Below are positions 19,468 to 29,204 of a stretch of DNA of 64,000 bases, piece after piece. Both the position numbers and the translations under genes were made by a program. Under the pieces are notes generated by a model. It was not told where the DNA came from, searched no databases, and saw nothing but the letters and a program-made list of their open reading frames with translations. The DNA is taken from positions 1 to 64,000 of the forward strand of contig BTVI01000018.1 of the NCBI GenBank assembly GCA_045862955.1. Reading direction: 5' to 3'. Each line of letters opens with the position of its first letter. The first letter of the stretch is position 1. The DNA is from Fimbriimonadales bacterium (GTDB lineage: Bacteria > Armatimonadota > Fimbriimonadia > Fimbriimonadales > JABRVX01).

Positions 19468-20919
19468 ATGTTCGGGCTGCTGCACGGCAGACCGCTGCTT
19501 CAAACCGTTCTAGCCACCCTCTTCGGTGCTGCGGCATATCCGGCCCTCGGATGGTGGGTAGCTGCCGGCGCCGGCTCTCTCGCACTGCTCTCGCTGTGTT
19601 GCCATCGCACCTGGCCTGCGCTCCTTTGCGTGTGCGCCACAGCGGGCGGGCTGTATGCCGGAGCTAGGACCCTGGGGGCGGAGAGGCTGAGCGTGATCGA
19701 GGCGACCGACCGCAAGGTGGAAGTCGTTGCTCGGGTTGTCTCCATGCCCCTGTCGCGAGCCCGCTTCACATCGCTAGTCGTGTCTGCGGAAGAAGGGCCG
19801 CTACCTCGAGGTGCGCGCCTCCTTGTCGATACCGGTCCGGGCTTCTTCGCCCTCCCTGGCGAATTGCTGAGACTAGAGGGCCGGCCGAAAGCCACGGAGA
19901 GCCGCTACTGGCGAAGGCAGGGGGTAGTCGCTCGCATGAGCGCCGCGCGCAACTCGATACAGCGCACCGCGCCCAGCAACCGCCCGGTAGCGGCCGCCAT
20001 CGCCGGCCTACGCAGGTCCGCAGAGCGCAGTTACCTTCGCCAGATGTCGTCGGAATCGGCGGCCATGACCATCGGTATCGTGTTCGGGGACGACGGCCGC
20101 ATAGCACAGGACACGCGCGAGGCCATGAAGCGCGCGGGCACCTATCACCTCCTGGCGGCATCCGGGCTGAACGCGGCGGTGGTCGGAGGCCTCCTGCTCG
20201 CCATTCTCAGCCTGCTTCGCGTCCCCAGGCGAGGGGCGCTGTTCGCCACGATGCTCGGTATCGCAGCCTACACCTTCGCCGCAGGAGGTACCCCGCCGAC
20301 AGTGCGCGCTGCTGTCGCGCTCTGCGTGTACCTCACCGGAGTGGCACTGCGACGACAACCCGACGCACTTACCGCGCTCGCTATAGGTGCGGCGCATTCG
20401 TACGTCGTAGACCCCGGCGTGCTGCGAGATCCGGGGTTCCAGCTCTCCTACTTCGTTGCGGGTGCTCTGATCGTTTGGTGTCCGCCCAGCTTCCGCTGGA
20501 TGAGCGAGAGGATTCCTGGCAGCCGGGAGAGGCTGCTTAGACACGCCACGCTCTGGGTCCTCGCGGGAGCGATGACTTCCGTGGTCGCCTCGATCGCTGC
20601 CACGCCGTTGTTGGCGTTCTACTTCCAGTCGGTTCCGCTATTAGCGCCCCTCACGAACCTGGTGTGCGTACCGCTTTCCGCCCCCATTCTTTGGGGAGGG
20701 CTCCTCGGGCCCGCCGGAGCACTCGTTCCCGGCTGGGAGGCGCTGTGGTTACGAGGGGTCGTTGCCCCCTGCGCTCACTTGCTCTCGCAGCTCGGCTCGA
20801 CAATGGGTGGTCTCAGTTGGTCGGCAGTGGCTACGCCACAGGTCCCAGCCTGGCCTCTGTGGCTGTTCTTCCCGATACTCTTCGGCCTAGCTCGCGAGCA
20901 CCGGCGCGACCTGCGCTAG
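19468..20919 (+). CDS. comEC: ComEC/Rec2 competence membrane protein (no C-terminal beta-lactamase domain)
   Basis: AGTYHLLAASGLN, PPTVRAA, DPGFQLSY; multiple TM segments. Confidence 0.85.
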   Translation: MFGLLHGRPLLQTVLATLFGAAAYPALGWWVAAGAGSLALLSLCCHRTWPALLCVCATAGGLYAGARTLGAERLSVIEATDRKVEVVARVVSMPLSRARFTSLVVSAEEGPLPRGARLLVDTGPGFFALPGELLRLEGRPKATESRYWRRQGVVARMSAARNSIQRTAPSNRPVAAAIAGLRRSAERSYLRQMSSESAAMTIGIVFGDDGRIAQDTREAMKRAGTYHLLAASGLNAAVVGGLLLAILSLLRVPRRGALFATMLGIAAYTFAAGGTPPTVRAAVALCVYLTGVALRRQPDALTALAIGAAHSYVVDPGVLRDPGFQLSYFVAGALIVWCPPSFRWMSERIPGSRERLLRHATLWVLAGAMTSVVASIAATPLLAFYFQSVPLLAPLTNLVCVPLSAPILWGGLLGPAGALVPGWEALWLRGVVAPCAHLLSQLGSTMGGLSWSAVATPQVPAWPLWLFFPILFGLAREHRRDLR

Positions 20920-21018
20920 CCACGACCTGTAGGCAAAGGGTTCGGCGGGGGCGGAGGTACGATGCCGAGCATCGCGCCGCCCCGCCACCGCCTATTTGTT
21001 CTTCGACCCCTTCTCGTA

Positions 21019-21717
21019 TTAGCGTCGGCCGGGCGAGTCGCCCACGGCCTTCAGGGTATCGGGCCTCTTAATGAACATGGCTCGACCAGTCGTCGTGACC
21101 AGTCCGTCCTTCTTGAACTTGTTCAGCACGAGCGTCGTCGTTTCGCGAGTGGTGCCGACGATGCTGGCAAGTTCCTGATGAGTGAGCCGAAGGGCGATAC
21201 CCTTACCACCCTTTGGGTCCGCCTCGCCGTACTTCTCGGCAAGCCAAAGAAGAGCACGGGCGAGCCTCGCAGGTACGTCACGGAAGATGACGTCCTCGAT
21301 CCGGTAGTCCGTGTCCATCTTGCGGTTCCAGAGGGCCGTGATGAACTTCATAGAGAGGCCGGTGGAACCGTGCAGCATGGCGCGAGCCTTCGCTGCTGGA
21401 ATCTCGAGGAGGTCGGTCTCGAGCATGGCCTCGGCGTAGTGGGTGCGGGGAGCCTCGTCGAAGAGAGGCGATTCGCCAAATAGATGGCCGCGCTCGCACA
21501 TGGCGAGAGTGAGCTCACGGCCCTTCTGCACCGGACGCACGAGCCGGATCAGCCCGTTCTTGACCACGTAGATAGACTCGCTGGGCTCTCCGGGTTGATA
21601 AACCAAGGCACGGCGCTCAATGTGATACGAGCGTCCCGCCGCTTCGAGCTGCTTCCGCTCGTCGATCTCCAACGTATCCCAGAACGGTGGCACCGCACCG
21701 CGTAGTCTTGACATCAT
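21019..21717 (-). CDS. Crp/Fnr family transcriptional regulator
   Basis: cNMP-binding domain (GHLFGE) and HTH LTHQELASIVGTTRETTT. Confidence 0.92.
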   Translation of the reverse strand: MMSRLRGAVPPFWDTLEIDERKQLEAAGRSYHIERRALVYQPGEPSESIYVVKNGLIRLVRPVQKGRELTLAMCERGHLFGESPLFDEAPRTHYAEAMLETDLLEIPAAKARAMLHGSTGLSMKFITALWNRKMDTDYRIEDVIFRDVPARLARALLWLAEKYGEADPKGGKGIALRLTHQELASIVGTTRETTTLVLNKFKKDGLVTTTGRAMFIKRPDTLKAVGDSPGRR

Positions 21718-21980
21718 TTTGCTGCATCTCCGTATGGTTACTTGTAAGTGTTCGCCTGCATCCCGGCAAGCCACGGTCAGGAATGGAGGCCCACTCGAAG
21801 CCGCTCCGTGCCTTCCTTTCGGAAAATGGGCCGGGCCGTGCTTAGCGAGCCTCACCACAAGAATGGTACCCTGCAACTCCGCGATTTTTCAGAAAAGCGC
21901 AGATACATTCTTAATGATACAGGTTCGAATGCCGTAACCTGATTCCTCTACGAAACCGGATCGCTTCTCGATCCGTCGTC

Positions 21981-21986
21981 TACAAT
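21981..21986 (+). promoter_or_regulatory. Probable -10 element of the rnpB promoter
   Basis: TACAAT about 7 nt upstream of the RNA 5' end. Confidence 0.55.
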
Positions 21987-21993
21987 TGGATCG

Positions 21994-22337
21994 GGGAGTT
22001 GGCCGGGCGGCGGCTCCGACTTCGGTCGGGGAGGAAAGTCCGGGCTCCATAGGGCACGGCGCCGGGTAACACCCGGGCGAGGCGACTCGACGGAAAGTGC
22101 CACAGAAACATACCGCCTCGGACCTCGCGTTCGGGGTAAGGGTGAAATGGTGAGGTAAGAGCTCACCGGGTCCTCGGAGACGAGGGCGCCGGGCAAACCC
22201 CGCCGGGAGCAAGACCGAATAGGGAGGGGATGAGGCGGCCCGCTGACCCTCCGGGTAGGTTGCTGGAGACCGTCGGCAACGACGGTCCTAGATAGATCGC
22301 CGCACAAACACAGAACCCGGCTTACAGGCCAACTCCC
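21994..22337 (+). ncRNA. rnpB: RNase P RNA, bacterial type A
   Basis: GAGGAAAGTCCGGGCTCC, GGAAAGTGCCACAGAAA, GGGTGAAA..GTAAGAGC, ACAGAACCCGGCTTA; P1 helix GGAGTTGGCC/GGCCAACTCC. Confidence 0.97.
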
Positions 22338-22713
22338 TCCCTAGCCCCCGAGCCAGACCATGTCCTTGCCCGCGTCTCTGTGCGCTCTACCCTGTCTGCC
22401 AACTGCCGTCACGCGAGAGACCGCGCGGCGCAAGAACGAACCTCACTGCGAATCTCTGCGGGTCTTTGCGCTCTCCGGGTGAGATTTCCTCCGGGAGTTA
22501 CACCGAGCCTCTCGCGCAGCCACCCAGGCGATGGGCGGCGCGGGGGGATGACGCGCAGCGTTCGCAGAGGACTAGCCAGGAACGCAGTGAGCGGCAGACG
22601 CATCTCGGGAACCGCGGCGCGCAGACCGATCCGGTGATATCATGTAGGCAGACCGCGCTTGCGGCGCGGCGAAGGGGGGTCGCTTGCGCTGAGCGCCTCG
22701 AGGTGATGCTCGG

Positions 22714-24321
22714 ATGGATACCCTCATGTCCCGCCCATGCGGCTGCACGGCCGCCGCACTCCGAACTCCGTCCTGGCCCGCAGTCGTCACCGCGGCGGTC
22801 GCACTCATCGCATCGCACGCCTGCCTTGCGCAGCAGGGCGGCACCTGGCGCGTGTCTGTCTCTTCCGGCGGCGCAGAAGCTAGTGGCGGCAGTTGGGAAC
22901 CCAGCATAAGCTCTGACGGCCGCTTTGTCGCATTCCAGTCTCAGGCTGCCAATCTGGTTCCGAATGACACCAACAACGCCACCGACGTCTTCGTTCGTGA
23001 CCGTCTTCTCAGCACGACCGAGCGCGTGTCCGTCAGCACGGCCGGAGGGCAAACCTCCGACTCCAGTGAGAGTGCTAGCATCAGCGCCGACGGCAGGTTC
23101 GTCGCCTTCGCTTCGTACGCGCCAGAGCTGGTCCCCGGCGACTCCAACGGGGCGCGCGACATCTTCGTACGTGACCGATTCTTGTCTCTCACGGAGCGGG
23201 TATCGGTTTCCAGTTCCGGTGTCCAGGCGAACGACGGAAGCCGGGATCCGGCTGTCTCTGCGGATGGTCGCTTCGTCGTGTTCTCTTCGGACGCCACCAA
23301 CCTTGTTGCAGGCGACACCAATAACTCGGAGGACGTGTTCGTGCGGGATAGGCAGCTCGGCACGATCGAACGCGTCTCCGTGTCCTCGGCGGGCGAGCAG
23401 GGCACCGGCGCGAGCGGGCGGCCCGCTATTGGCGCCGACGGCTACATCGTGGCCTTCGAGTCCACCTGCCCGGACTTAGTGCCAGCCGACAACAACGGCT
23501 GCAGGGATGTGTTCGTCCGCGATCTCGCGTCATGGTCAACGGTGCGTGAATCCGTCTCCAGCAACGGCGAGCAGGGGTGGGTCTGGAGCACAGAACCCTC
23601 TCTCAGCTACGAGGGCCGCTTCGTGGCATTCGCCTCCTATGCGTACAACCTCGTAGACGACGACACCAACGGCGAGCAGGACATCTTCGCGCGCGATCGT
23701 GTGCTCAGCCTGACACGTAGGGTGTCCGTATCGAGCTCCGGCGAGCAGAGCAACTTCGTCAGTACTGCCCCGCATATCAGTGCAGACGGCAGGTTCGTGG
23801 CATTCGAATCGCTCGCATCGAACCTAGTTGGGGGCGACACGAACAGCGACTCGGACATCTTCGTTCATCAGGACGGTCCGGATACCGGCTATCGTTCATT
23901 GTCCGGCACGTTCGACTTCCAGCACCTCGCAGGTGCGGTTCCGACGCTGACTTCCATCGAGTACCGACTCCCTGGACAAACGCAGCGCAAGGGGTACTGG
24001 CTGGCAGCGCTAACTGGCAGCGGCCAGTTCACAGTGCCAGCTCCCAGCGGCGCATACGACCTATCCGTCAAACACACTCACTGGCTCCGCCGCACCATGG
24101 GCTTCGACACCACGTCCGGAGACGCCAACGTTGGAACGCTGCTACTGCGCAACGGTGACGTTTCCGATGACAACGTGGTGGACCTCTTCGACCTAACAGC
24201 CGTGCTGGTGGACTTCGCCAAGCCCGGCCATCGGATGTCGGATCTGGATGAGAGCGGTCAGGTCGGACTGAGCGACATCAACATCGTGCTTCTCAACTTC
24301 GCACACACAGGCGATCCATAG
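22714..24321 (+). CDS. Secreted TolB-like propeller repeat protein with C-terminal dockerin-like module
   Basis: Five repeats of type ISADGRFVAF.S.A.NLV.GDTN..DVFVRD; C-terminal NGDVSDDNVVDLFD...DLDESGQVGLSD. Confidence 0.85.
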   Translation: MDTLMSRPCGCTAAALRTPSWPAVVTAAVALIASHACLAQQGGTWRVSVSSGGAEASGGSWEPSISSDGRFVAFQSQAANLVPNDTNNATDVFVRDRLLSTTERVSVSTAGGQTSDSSESASISADGRFVAFASYAPELVPGDSNGARDIFVRDRFLSLTERVSVSSSGVQANDGSRDPAVSADGRFVVFSSDATNLVAGDTNNSEDVFVRDRQLGTIERVSVSSAGEQGTGASGRPAIGADGYIVAFESTCPDLVPADNNGCRDVFVRDLASWSTVRESVSSNGEQGWVWSTEPSLSYEGRFVAFASYAYNLVDDDTNGEQDIFARDRVLSLTRRVSVSSSGEQSNFVSTAPHISADGRFVAFESLASNLVGGDTNSDSDIFVHQDGPDTGYRSLSGTFDFQHLAGAVPTLTSIEYRLPGQTQRKGYWLAALTGSGQFTVPAPSGAYDLSVKHTHWLRRTMGFDTTSGDANVGTLLLRNGDVSDDNVVDLFDLTAVLVDFAKPGHRMSDLDESGQVGLSDINIVLLNFAHTGDP

Positions 24322-24376
24322 GATCTTCGCCCCGTCCTGCGAGAGGCACGGGCGCCGCGGCAGCGAAGCATGTCCC

Positions 24377-25990
24377 ATGCTGCCAGTTCTGCTCGCCGCA
24401 CTTGGCTCCCAATCAGCCTCCAGCGCCATGCTGGTGCAAGACTTCGAAGGAAAGCCCTACCACGTGCCGTACGCGGTGTCGTCCAACACGACGACACCGA
24501 CCGCACGCGATGGCGTGATGAGCCTCCTGCACGAAGCCACCTCGGCCAAGGCCGCAATCGGGTTCTCCCGCACCGCCAAGGGGTCATTCTCGAACGTCGC
24601 GGCCCAGTGGACCATGCGGCTCGATGGAAATGGTCGAGGCCTCGCCTTCGTGCTGCTTCCGACCGCCACCTATGGCTCTGAAGGTGCGCCGCCCGCGGAT
24701 GCCGATTGGGACGAGGCCAATCTCGCGGGAGCGTTCGCCGTCTGCTTCGACACACACAACCCGCCGTCCGAGGACCCCTTCAACGCGGACGGCAACATCT
24801 ATGGGCGCCCCGAGCGGGAGGTATCGCTTCACTGGGACGGGAGAGAGATCGCCAATCGTCTGTCAGGCGCGGAGTTTCGGGGCGCAGAATGCCTCGTCCG
24901 CGTGGATGTAGCGCACGTCGTTGGTGGGGCCGAGGTATCGGTCCGCGTCGGCGGCGCGGCCGTGTACGACCGGTTCTTCCTCCCCGAGATGCACCCGTTC
25001 GAGCACCGCGTCGCGTTCGGGGCCGTCGCCGGAGACAAGGCGACGTCGGCATCGGTGGACGACGTGGTCGTACGCTGGTCCAATCCGTCTAAGCCGACGG
25101 ATCCACCACTCAGCGTCATAGCGATTGACAAGTGGCTGAACAACGCCGATCACCACAAGATCGAGCGAGAGGTCGAGTTCCCTGCCGACAACTATCCATA
25201 CGGGCGCATCCTCTGCACCCTCACGCTGGACAAGCCGGAAGCGGGTTATGACCCTTGGGACCGCTCGGCAGCCATCTACGTGTACGACGAAACAGGCGAG
25301 CGCTTCGAGGTGCTGCGCTACATCACGCCCTATCGCCGTGGGCACAGGTGGACTGTGGACGTCTCGGACTTCCGGCCCCTGCTGAGGGGTCGCAAACGCG
25401 TGGCCGTGGAGTGCGGAACCTACGGACAGGGCTGGTTGGTCTCCGTCGAGTTCCGCTTCCACAAGGGCCCAGCCGAGCGGTACGCATATGCGGTGAAGAA
25501 CCTGTGGACTGGCAGCCCGGAGTACGGCAATCCCGAGAAGCCGATGGACGACTTCTTCGTGCCGCAGCGCCTGAAGGTGGATCAGGCGGCCAAAGGAGGG
25601 AAGCTGCGGTTCACGGTCACGGGCCACGGCATGAGCCCCAACTCGGAAAACGCCGCCGAGTTCATGCGCCGCGGCCGCACCGTGACTGTGGGAGGCAAGC
25701 AGTTCTACAACGTGCTGTGGAAGGAGGACAACTACCTCAACCCTTGCAGACCGCAGGGCGGAACGTGGAAGTACGACCGCGCGGGATGGGCTCCGGGTGA
25801 TGTGGTGACACCGTGGGAGATCGACATCTCGGCCCTGATCCGTCCGGGAGAGGAGCTGACCATCGAGTACGAGCCGGACCCCTACGTCAACCAGAACCGC
25901 GGCCAGACCTGGGCGCCATTCCACTGGGTCGAGAGCCAACTCGTGCTGTATTGTGCTGAGCGGAGGCTGGGACAGACAAACAGAAGCTAG
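24377..25990 (+). CDS. Peptide-N-glycosidase F-like protein with N-terminal lectin-like domain
   Basis: DPWDR, EVLRYITPY, WTVDVSDFRPLL, TGHG, AEF, QGGTWKYDRAGWAPG; N-terminal GLAFVL...FAVCFDTH resembles a legume lectin. Confidence 0.75.
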   Translation: MLPVLLAALGSQSASSAMLVQDFEGKPYHVPYAVSSNTTTPTARDGVMSLLHEATSAKAAIGFSRTAKGSFSNVAAQWTMRLDGNGRGLAFVLLPTATYGSEGAPPADADWDEANLAGAFAVCFDTHNPPSEDPFNADGNIYGRPEREVSLHWDGREIANRLSGAEFRGAECLVRVDVAHVVGGAEVSVRVGGAAVYDRFFLPEMHPFEHRVAFGAVAGDKATSASVDDVVVRWSNPSKPTDPPLSVIAIDKWLNNADHHKIEREVEFPADNYPYGRILCTLTLDKPEAGYDPWDRSAAIYVYDETGERFEVLRYITPYRRGHRWTVDVSDFRPLLRGRKRVAVECGTYGQGWLVSVEFRFHKGPAERYAYAVKNLWTGSPEYGNPEKPMDDFFVPQRLKVDQAAKGGKLRFTVTGHGMSPNSENAAEFMRRGRTVTVGGKQFYNVLWKEDNYLNPCRPQGGTWKYDRAGWAPGDVVTPWEIDISALIRPGEELTIEYEPDPYVNQNRGQTWAPFHWVESQLVLYCAERRLGQTNRS

Positions 25991-26153
25991 GTGTGCGCAG
26001 CCGACGTGCATGGTGTCTTGCGCTATACTAGTGAGCTCGGCCGGACAACGGCAGAAAGAGACGATTGGACCGCATGAACAGAATGCCGCATGAGGCTTCG
26101 CCCGCAAGCAAGATAGCCAAGAGAGACAATAAGCAGATTCAGAATGAGGGTGC

Positions 26154-27125
26154 ATGATGCAGCCAGTGCTGGAAGGCCCTCCGTGTGGGCGGAAGCGAGT
26201 GTCCATTCTGTCGCCCCTCCGCTATCCGGGATCGAAGCGCCGCTTGGCCACCTACGTGGCTGATGTGATCAGGCTCAACTCCCTCCGTCCAAAGGTGTTC
26301 GTGGAGCCGTTTGCTGGTGGAGCCAGTGTCACCCTGCAGCTTCTCAGCGACGGTGTGGTGGAGTCAGCAGTTCTCGGTGAGCGCGACCCGTTGGTCGCCA
26401 GTTTCTGGGAGGTGTTGTTCAAGGAGCCGGAGTGGCTTGTTGAGCAAGTCAGCACTATTGAGGCAAGCGTAGACAACTGGAAGTACTTCCGAGAAGCCTC
26501 GTTCCGATCTTGCCGGGACCGTGCGCTAGCATGCATCTTTCTAAACAGGACCAGCTTCTCCGGTATCCTCGCACCGACAGCCGGTCCCATCGGCGGGTAC
26601 AAGCAGGACTCCCCTTACAGGATACACTGTCGGTTCAACCCGCGTACACTTGCTGAGAGGATTCGACGGGCCGCATCGCTCCGTAAGAAGATTCTCCTGG
26701 TCAACCATGGGGACTGGCAGGATACGCTTGAACGTGTTGGTTCGTGGAACTACGGGGACCGCGAGGTCTTCTACTACTTCGATCCACCATTCTACGAGAA
26801 GGCAGCCCGGCTGTACACGCACTACTTCACGATCCACGATCACGAGGCCCTGCATGACCGGCTCGTTGCCTTGCGTCAGCCGTGGCTGCTAAGCTACGAT
26901 CCTGCGCCCGCTATCCAGAGACTGTATTCGCACAACGGAGTGGGGCCGAAGCGGCTTGACGTATTGTACTCGGCATCGGCCGCTGGTTCCTTGGTAAAGG
27001 CGCAAGAGCTGATAGTGACGAATCTTGAGTTTCTACCCGACCATTCTCGCGTCTGGTCTTCGAGCAGGGCGTCGCCAAGTGCCAAGAAGAGGCTCGAGGC
27101 GCCGATGGGGCCTCGTCGGAGGTGA
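26154..27125 (+). CDS. Dam-like (D12 class, alpha) DNA adenine methyltransferase
   Basis: SPLRYPGSK, FVEPFAGGASV (motif I), FLNRTSFSG, YFDPPFY (motif IV), WLLSYD; the start may be GTG near 26199. Confidence 0.9.
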   Translation: MMQPVLEGPPCGRKRVSILSPLRYPGSKRRLATYVADVIRLNSLRPKVFVEPFAGGASVTLQLLSDGVVESAVLGERDPLVASFWEVLFKEPEWLVEQVSTIEASVDNWKYFREASFRSCRDRALACIFLNRTSFSGILAPTAGPIGGYKQDSPYRIHCRFNPRTLAERIRRAASLRKKILLVNHGDWQDTLERVGSWNYGDREVFYYFDPPFYEKAARLYTHYFTIHDHEALHDRLVALRQPWLLSYDPAPAIQRLYSHNGVGPKRLDVLYSASAAGSLVKAQELIVTNLEFLPDHSRVWSSSRASPSAKKRLEAPMGPRRR

Positions 27126-27127
27126 CT

Positions 27128-29191
27128 ATGGCCAGGAACTTGACGCCTGGCAGCAAGATTGTTGCCCAGGAACTCGTGCTGCAGCGCCTGTTGTCGGACG
27201 CCGCAATCGTCGGGGGCATCTACACAATGGGTTACGTCGAATGCCAGGTGCTAACCAACGATCTGTGGAAGAAGCAGGCGGGCGGAGTACCACGGCATTG
27301 CTTTCTCTTGGCGACGGCCATGGTCCCGGGGGAAGCACCGGACGTAGAGGACGAAGAGGTCCTTCTCCTCCGAGTAATTGGGCCGGCTCCCCTACCAGCC
27401 GAAGCGGAACTCGTGCAGGTAAGGGAGCAGGCGATGCGCGAGATGGTCGTCGCCAGGGGCACTTCCGAGGCAATGGCCTCCCCTGCTATCCTGGACGTGC
27501 TTACCCGGAACGAGATTCAGTTCTCTGGCATTCGGGCAAAGATCCTTGGTACTTTCTACGAGTCCACCCACAATGGACGGGCCTTGCTCTCCTTCGGAAG
27601 CGATGTTGAGACCTACTACTCCTCGAGCCGCTACAAGGTGTATAAGCCGTTCGGCGCGAGCTTGGCCGTGATCGCCAGCTATCCGGAGGCGACAGAGCAG
27701 GAGGTATCAGTCATCCAGCCAGGCGCACCCCTACCCAGGAGGTTTCAGATCGGCACGGTTCGATACAGCTCTTCCAGCCGTCGCGGCCGATTGGGTTCTG
27801 GCGCTCCCGGCGGCACTGCGGTGCCTGTGAGTGTCAATGTAGAAGATTTCATCGCGCTCAAGACTGCCGTCTTTGGCATGACGCGGATGGGGAAGTCGAA
27901 CACGATGAAGACCATTGCGACTGCGGTGTGCGAACATGCGGCCATCACGGGGCAGAGGATCGGCCAGCTGCTCTTCGATCCAGCGGGCGAGTATGCAAAT
28001 GTCAACGTGCAGGATCAGACGGCGCTGGCGAAGATCGGACCCGAGTTCGTCACCATCTTCAGGTGGGGTGCTGGGGACTCGGATCCAGGCACGAGGCCCC
28101 TCGCATCAAACTTCTTTGATGACGGCAATATCGAAGTCACCTGGAAGCTCATTACTCTTCACCTACAGGCGAGGGGCGCCGATTACATACAGAGCTTCCT
28201 TGCTGCCGATGTCATCGGACCCGAAGGGGCCGAAGTTAGCTACTCGGACTTACACCGATCAAGGCGCCGGCGATGCGCGCTGTACGCCACTTTGCTCAAG
28301 GCAGGCTTTCGACCGCCTGAGAACCTCAGTGCCGAGATCGTGGTGAACAAGGAGGTGCTGGAGGCAGTCAATAGCAATCTGCCGAGCAGCAGGGACGACC
28401 GGTTCGAGACCAATTCCCGCGGGAGCCTTCGTCTCACCTCGGCGGATCTGCCTGTATTCTGGGACTCCCTGCTCGCGGCAAGAGAAGCAGGTGCACACCT
28501 AGGCGACTGGATCGATTCCGGCCTAGACGCGATCCTCACTGTCTATAGGGGCTCTAAGGGATCCGGCTACCGTGTACTACAACCCCTCCAAATCTACCAC
28601 CGTCCGACGTCAACCGGGGATTATGCTGAAGAGGTCTTACAAGAGCTCAAGCGCGGGAAGATCGTGATCGTGGACCTGTCGCTCGGCTCCGAGACGGTTC
28701 TGCAGTTCTGCTCGGAACGGATCATCAACCATGTCGTTCAGGATGCAGCAAGGCGGTTCGCGCAAGGTGAGGAAGCAGACAAGATTCAGATCTTCATCGA
28801 GGAGGCCCACCGGCTCTTCAACCGCGAGCGCATGAAGCTCAAGGAAGAAGACGATCCCTACGTGCGGCTTGCCAAGGAGGCTGCCAAGTTCAGGATCGGT
28901 CTCATCTACGCTACCCAAGAGGTGACGACCGTCGATCCGCTGATCCTCTCAAACACGTCAAACTGGATCGTCACACACCTAAACAATCAGGAGGAGGTCC
29001 GCGAGCTCTCCAAGTACTACGACTTCGAGGATTTCGCAGACCTCACCCTCCGAGCGGAGGACGTCGGGTTCTGTCGCCTCAAGACGCGAAGTGGCCGCTA
29101 TATCATCCCAGTCCAGATTGACCTGTTCGACAGTGCTAGGATCGATGCGGCTAGAGAGGCTGCGTTGGCGGCGGCGCAGCAAGCATCATAG
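27128..29191 (+). CDS. HerA/DUF87-family ATPase
   Basis: N-terminal HAS-barrel-like region; Walker A GMTRMGKS; FDPAGEY; Walker B IFIEEAH; AKEAAKFRIGLIYATQE. Confidence 0.88.
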   Translation: MARNLTPGSKIVAQELVLQRLLSDAAIVGGIYTMGYVECQVLTNDLWKKQAGGVPRHCFLLATAMVPGEAPDVEDEEVLLLRVIGPAPLPAEAELVQVREQAMREMVVARGTSEAMASPAILDVLTRNEIQFSGIRAKILGTFYESTHNGRALLSFGSDVETYYSSSRYKVYKPFGASLAVIASYPEATEQEVSVIQPGAPLPRRFQIGTVRYSSSSRRGRLGSGAPGGTAVPVSVNVEDFIALKTAVFGMTRMGKSNTMKTIATAVCEHAAITGQRIGQLLFDPAGEYANVNVQDQTALAKIGPEFVTIFRWGAGDSDPGTRPLASNFFDDGNIEVTWKLITLHLQARGADYIQSFLAADVIGPEGAEVSYSDLHRSRRRRCALYATLLKAGFRPPENLSAEIVVNKEVLEAVNSNLPSSRDDRFETNSRGSLRLTSADLPVFWDSLLAAREAGAHLGDWIDSGLDAILTVYRGSKGSGYRVLQPLQIYHRPTSTGDYAEEVLQELKRGKIVIVDLSLGSETVLQFCSERIINHVVQDAARRFAQGEEADKIQIFIEEAHRLFNRERMKLKEEDDPYVRLAKEAAKFRIGLIYATQEVTTVDPLILSNTSNWIVTHLNNQEEVRELSKYYDFEDFADLTLRAEDVGFCRLKTRSGRYIIPVQIDLFDSARIDAAREAALAAAQQAS

Positions 29192-29204
29192 GAGGCGATA
29201 GCAT

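Noticed and set aside
22340..22710. Gene or ncRNA downstream of rnpB (also 13660-14140)
   Set aside because: Only degenerate CTCTGCG-type repeat remnants are visible, with no supportable ORF or RNA family.
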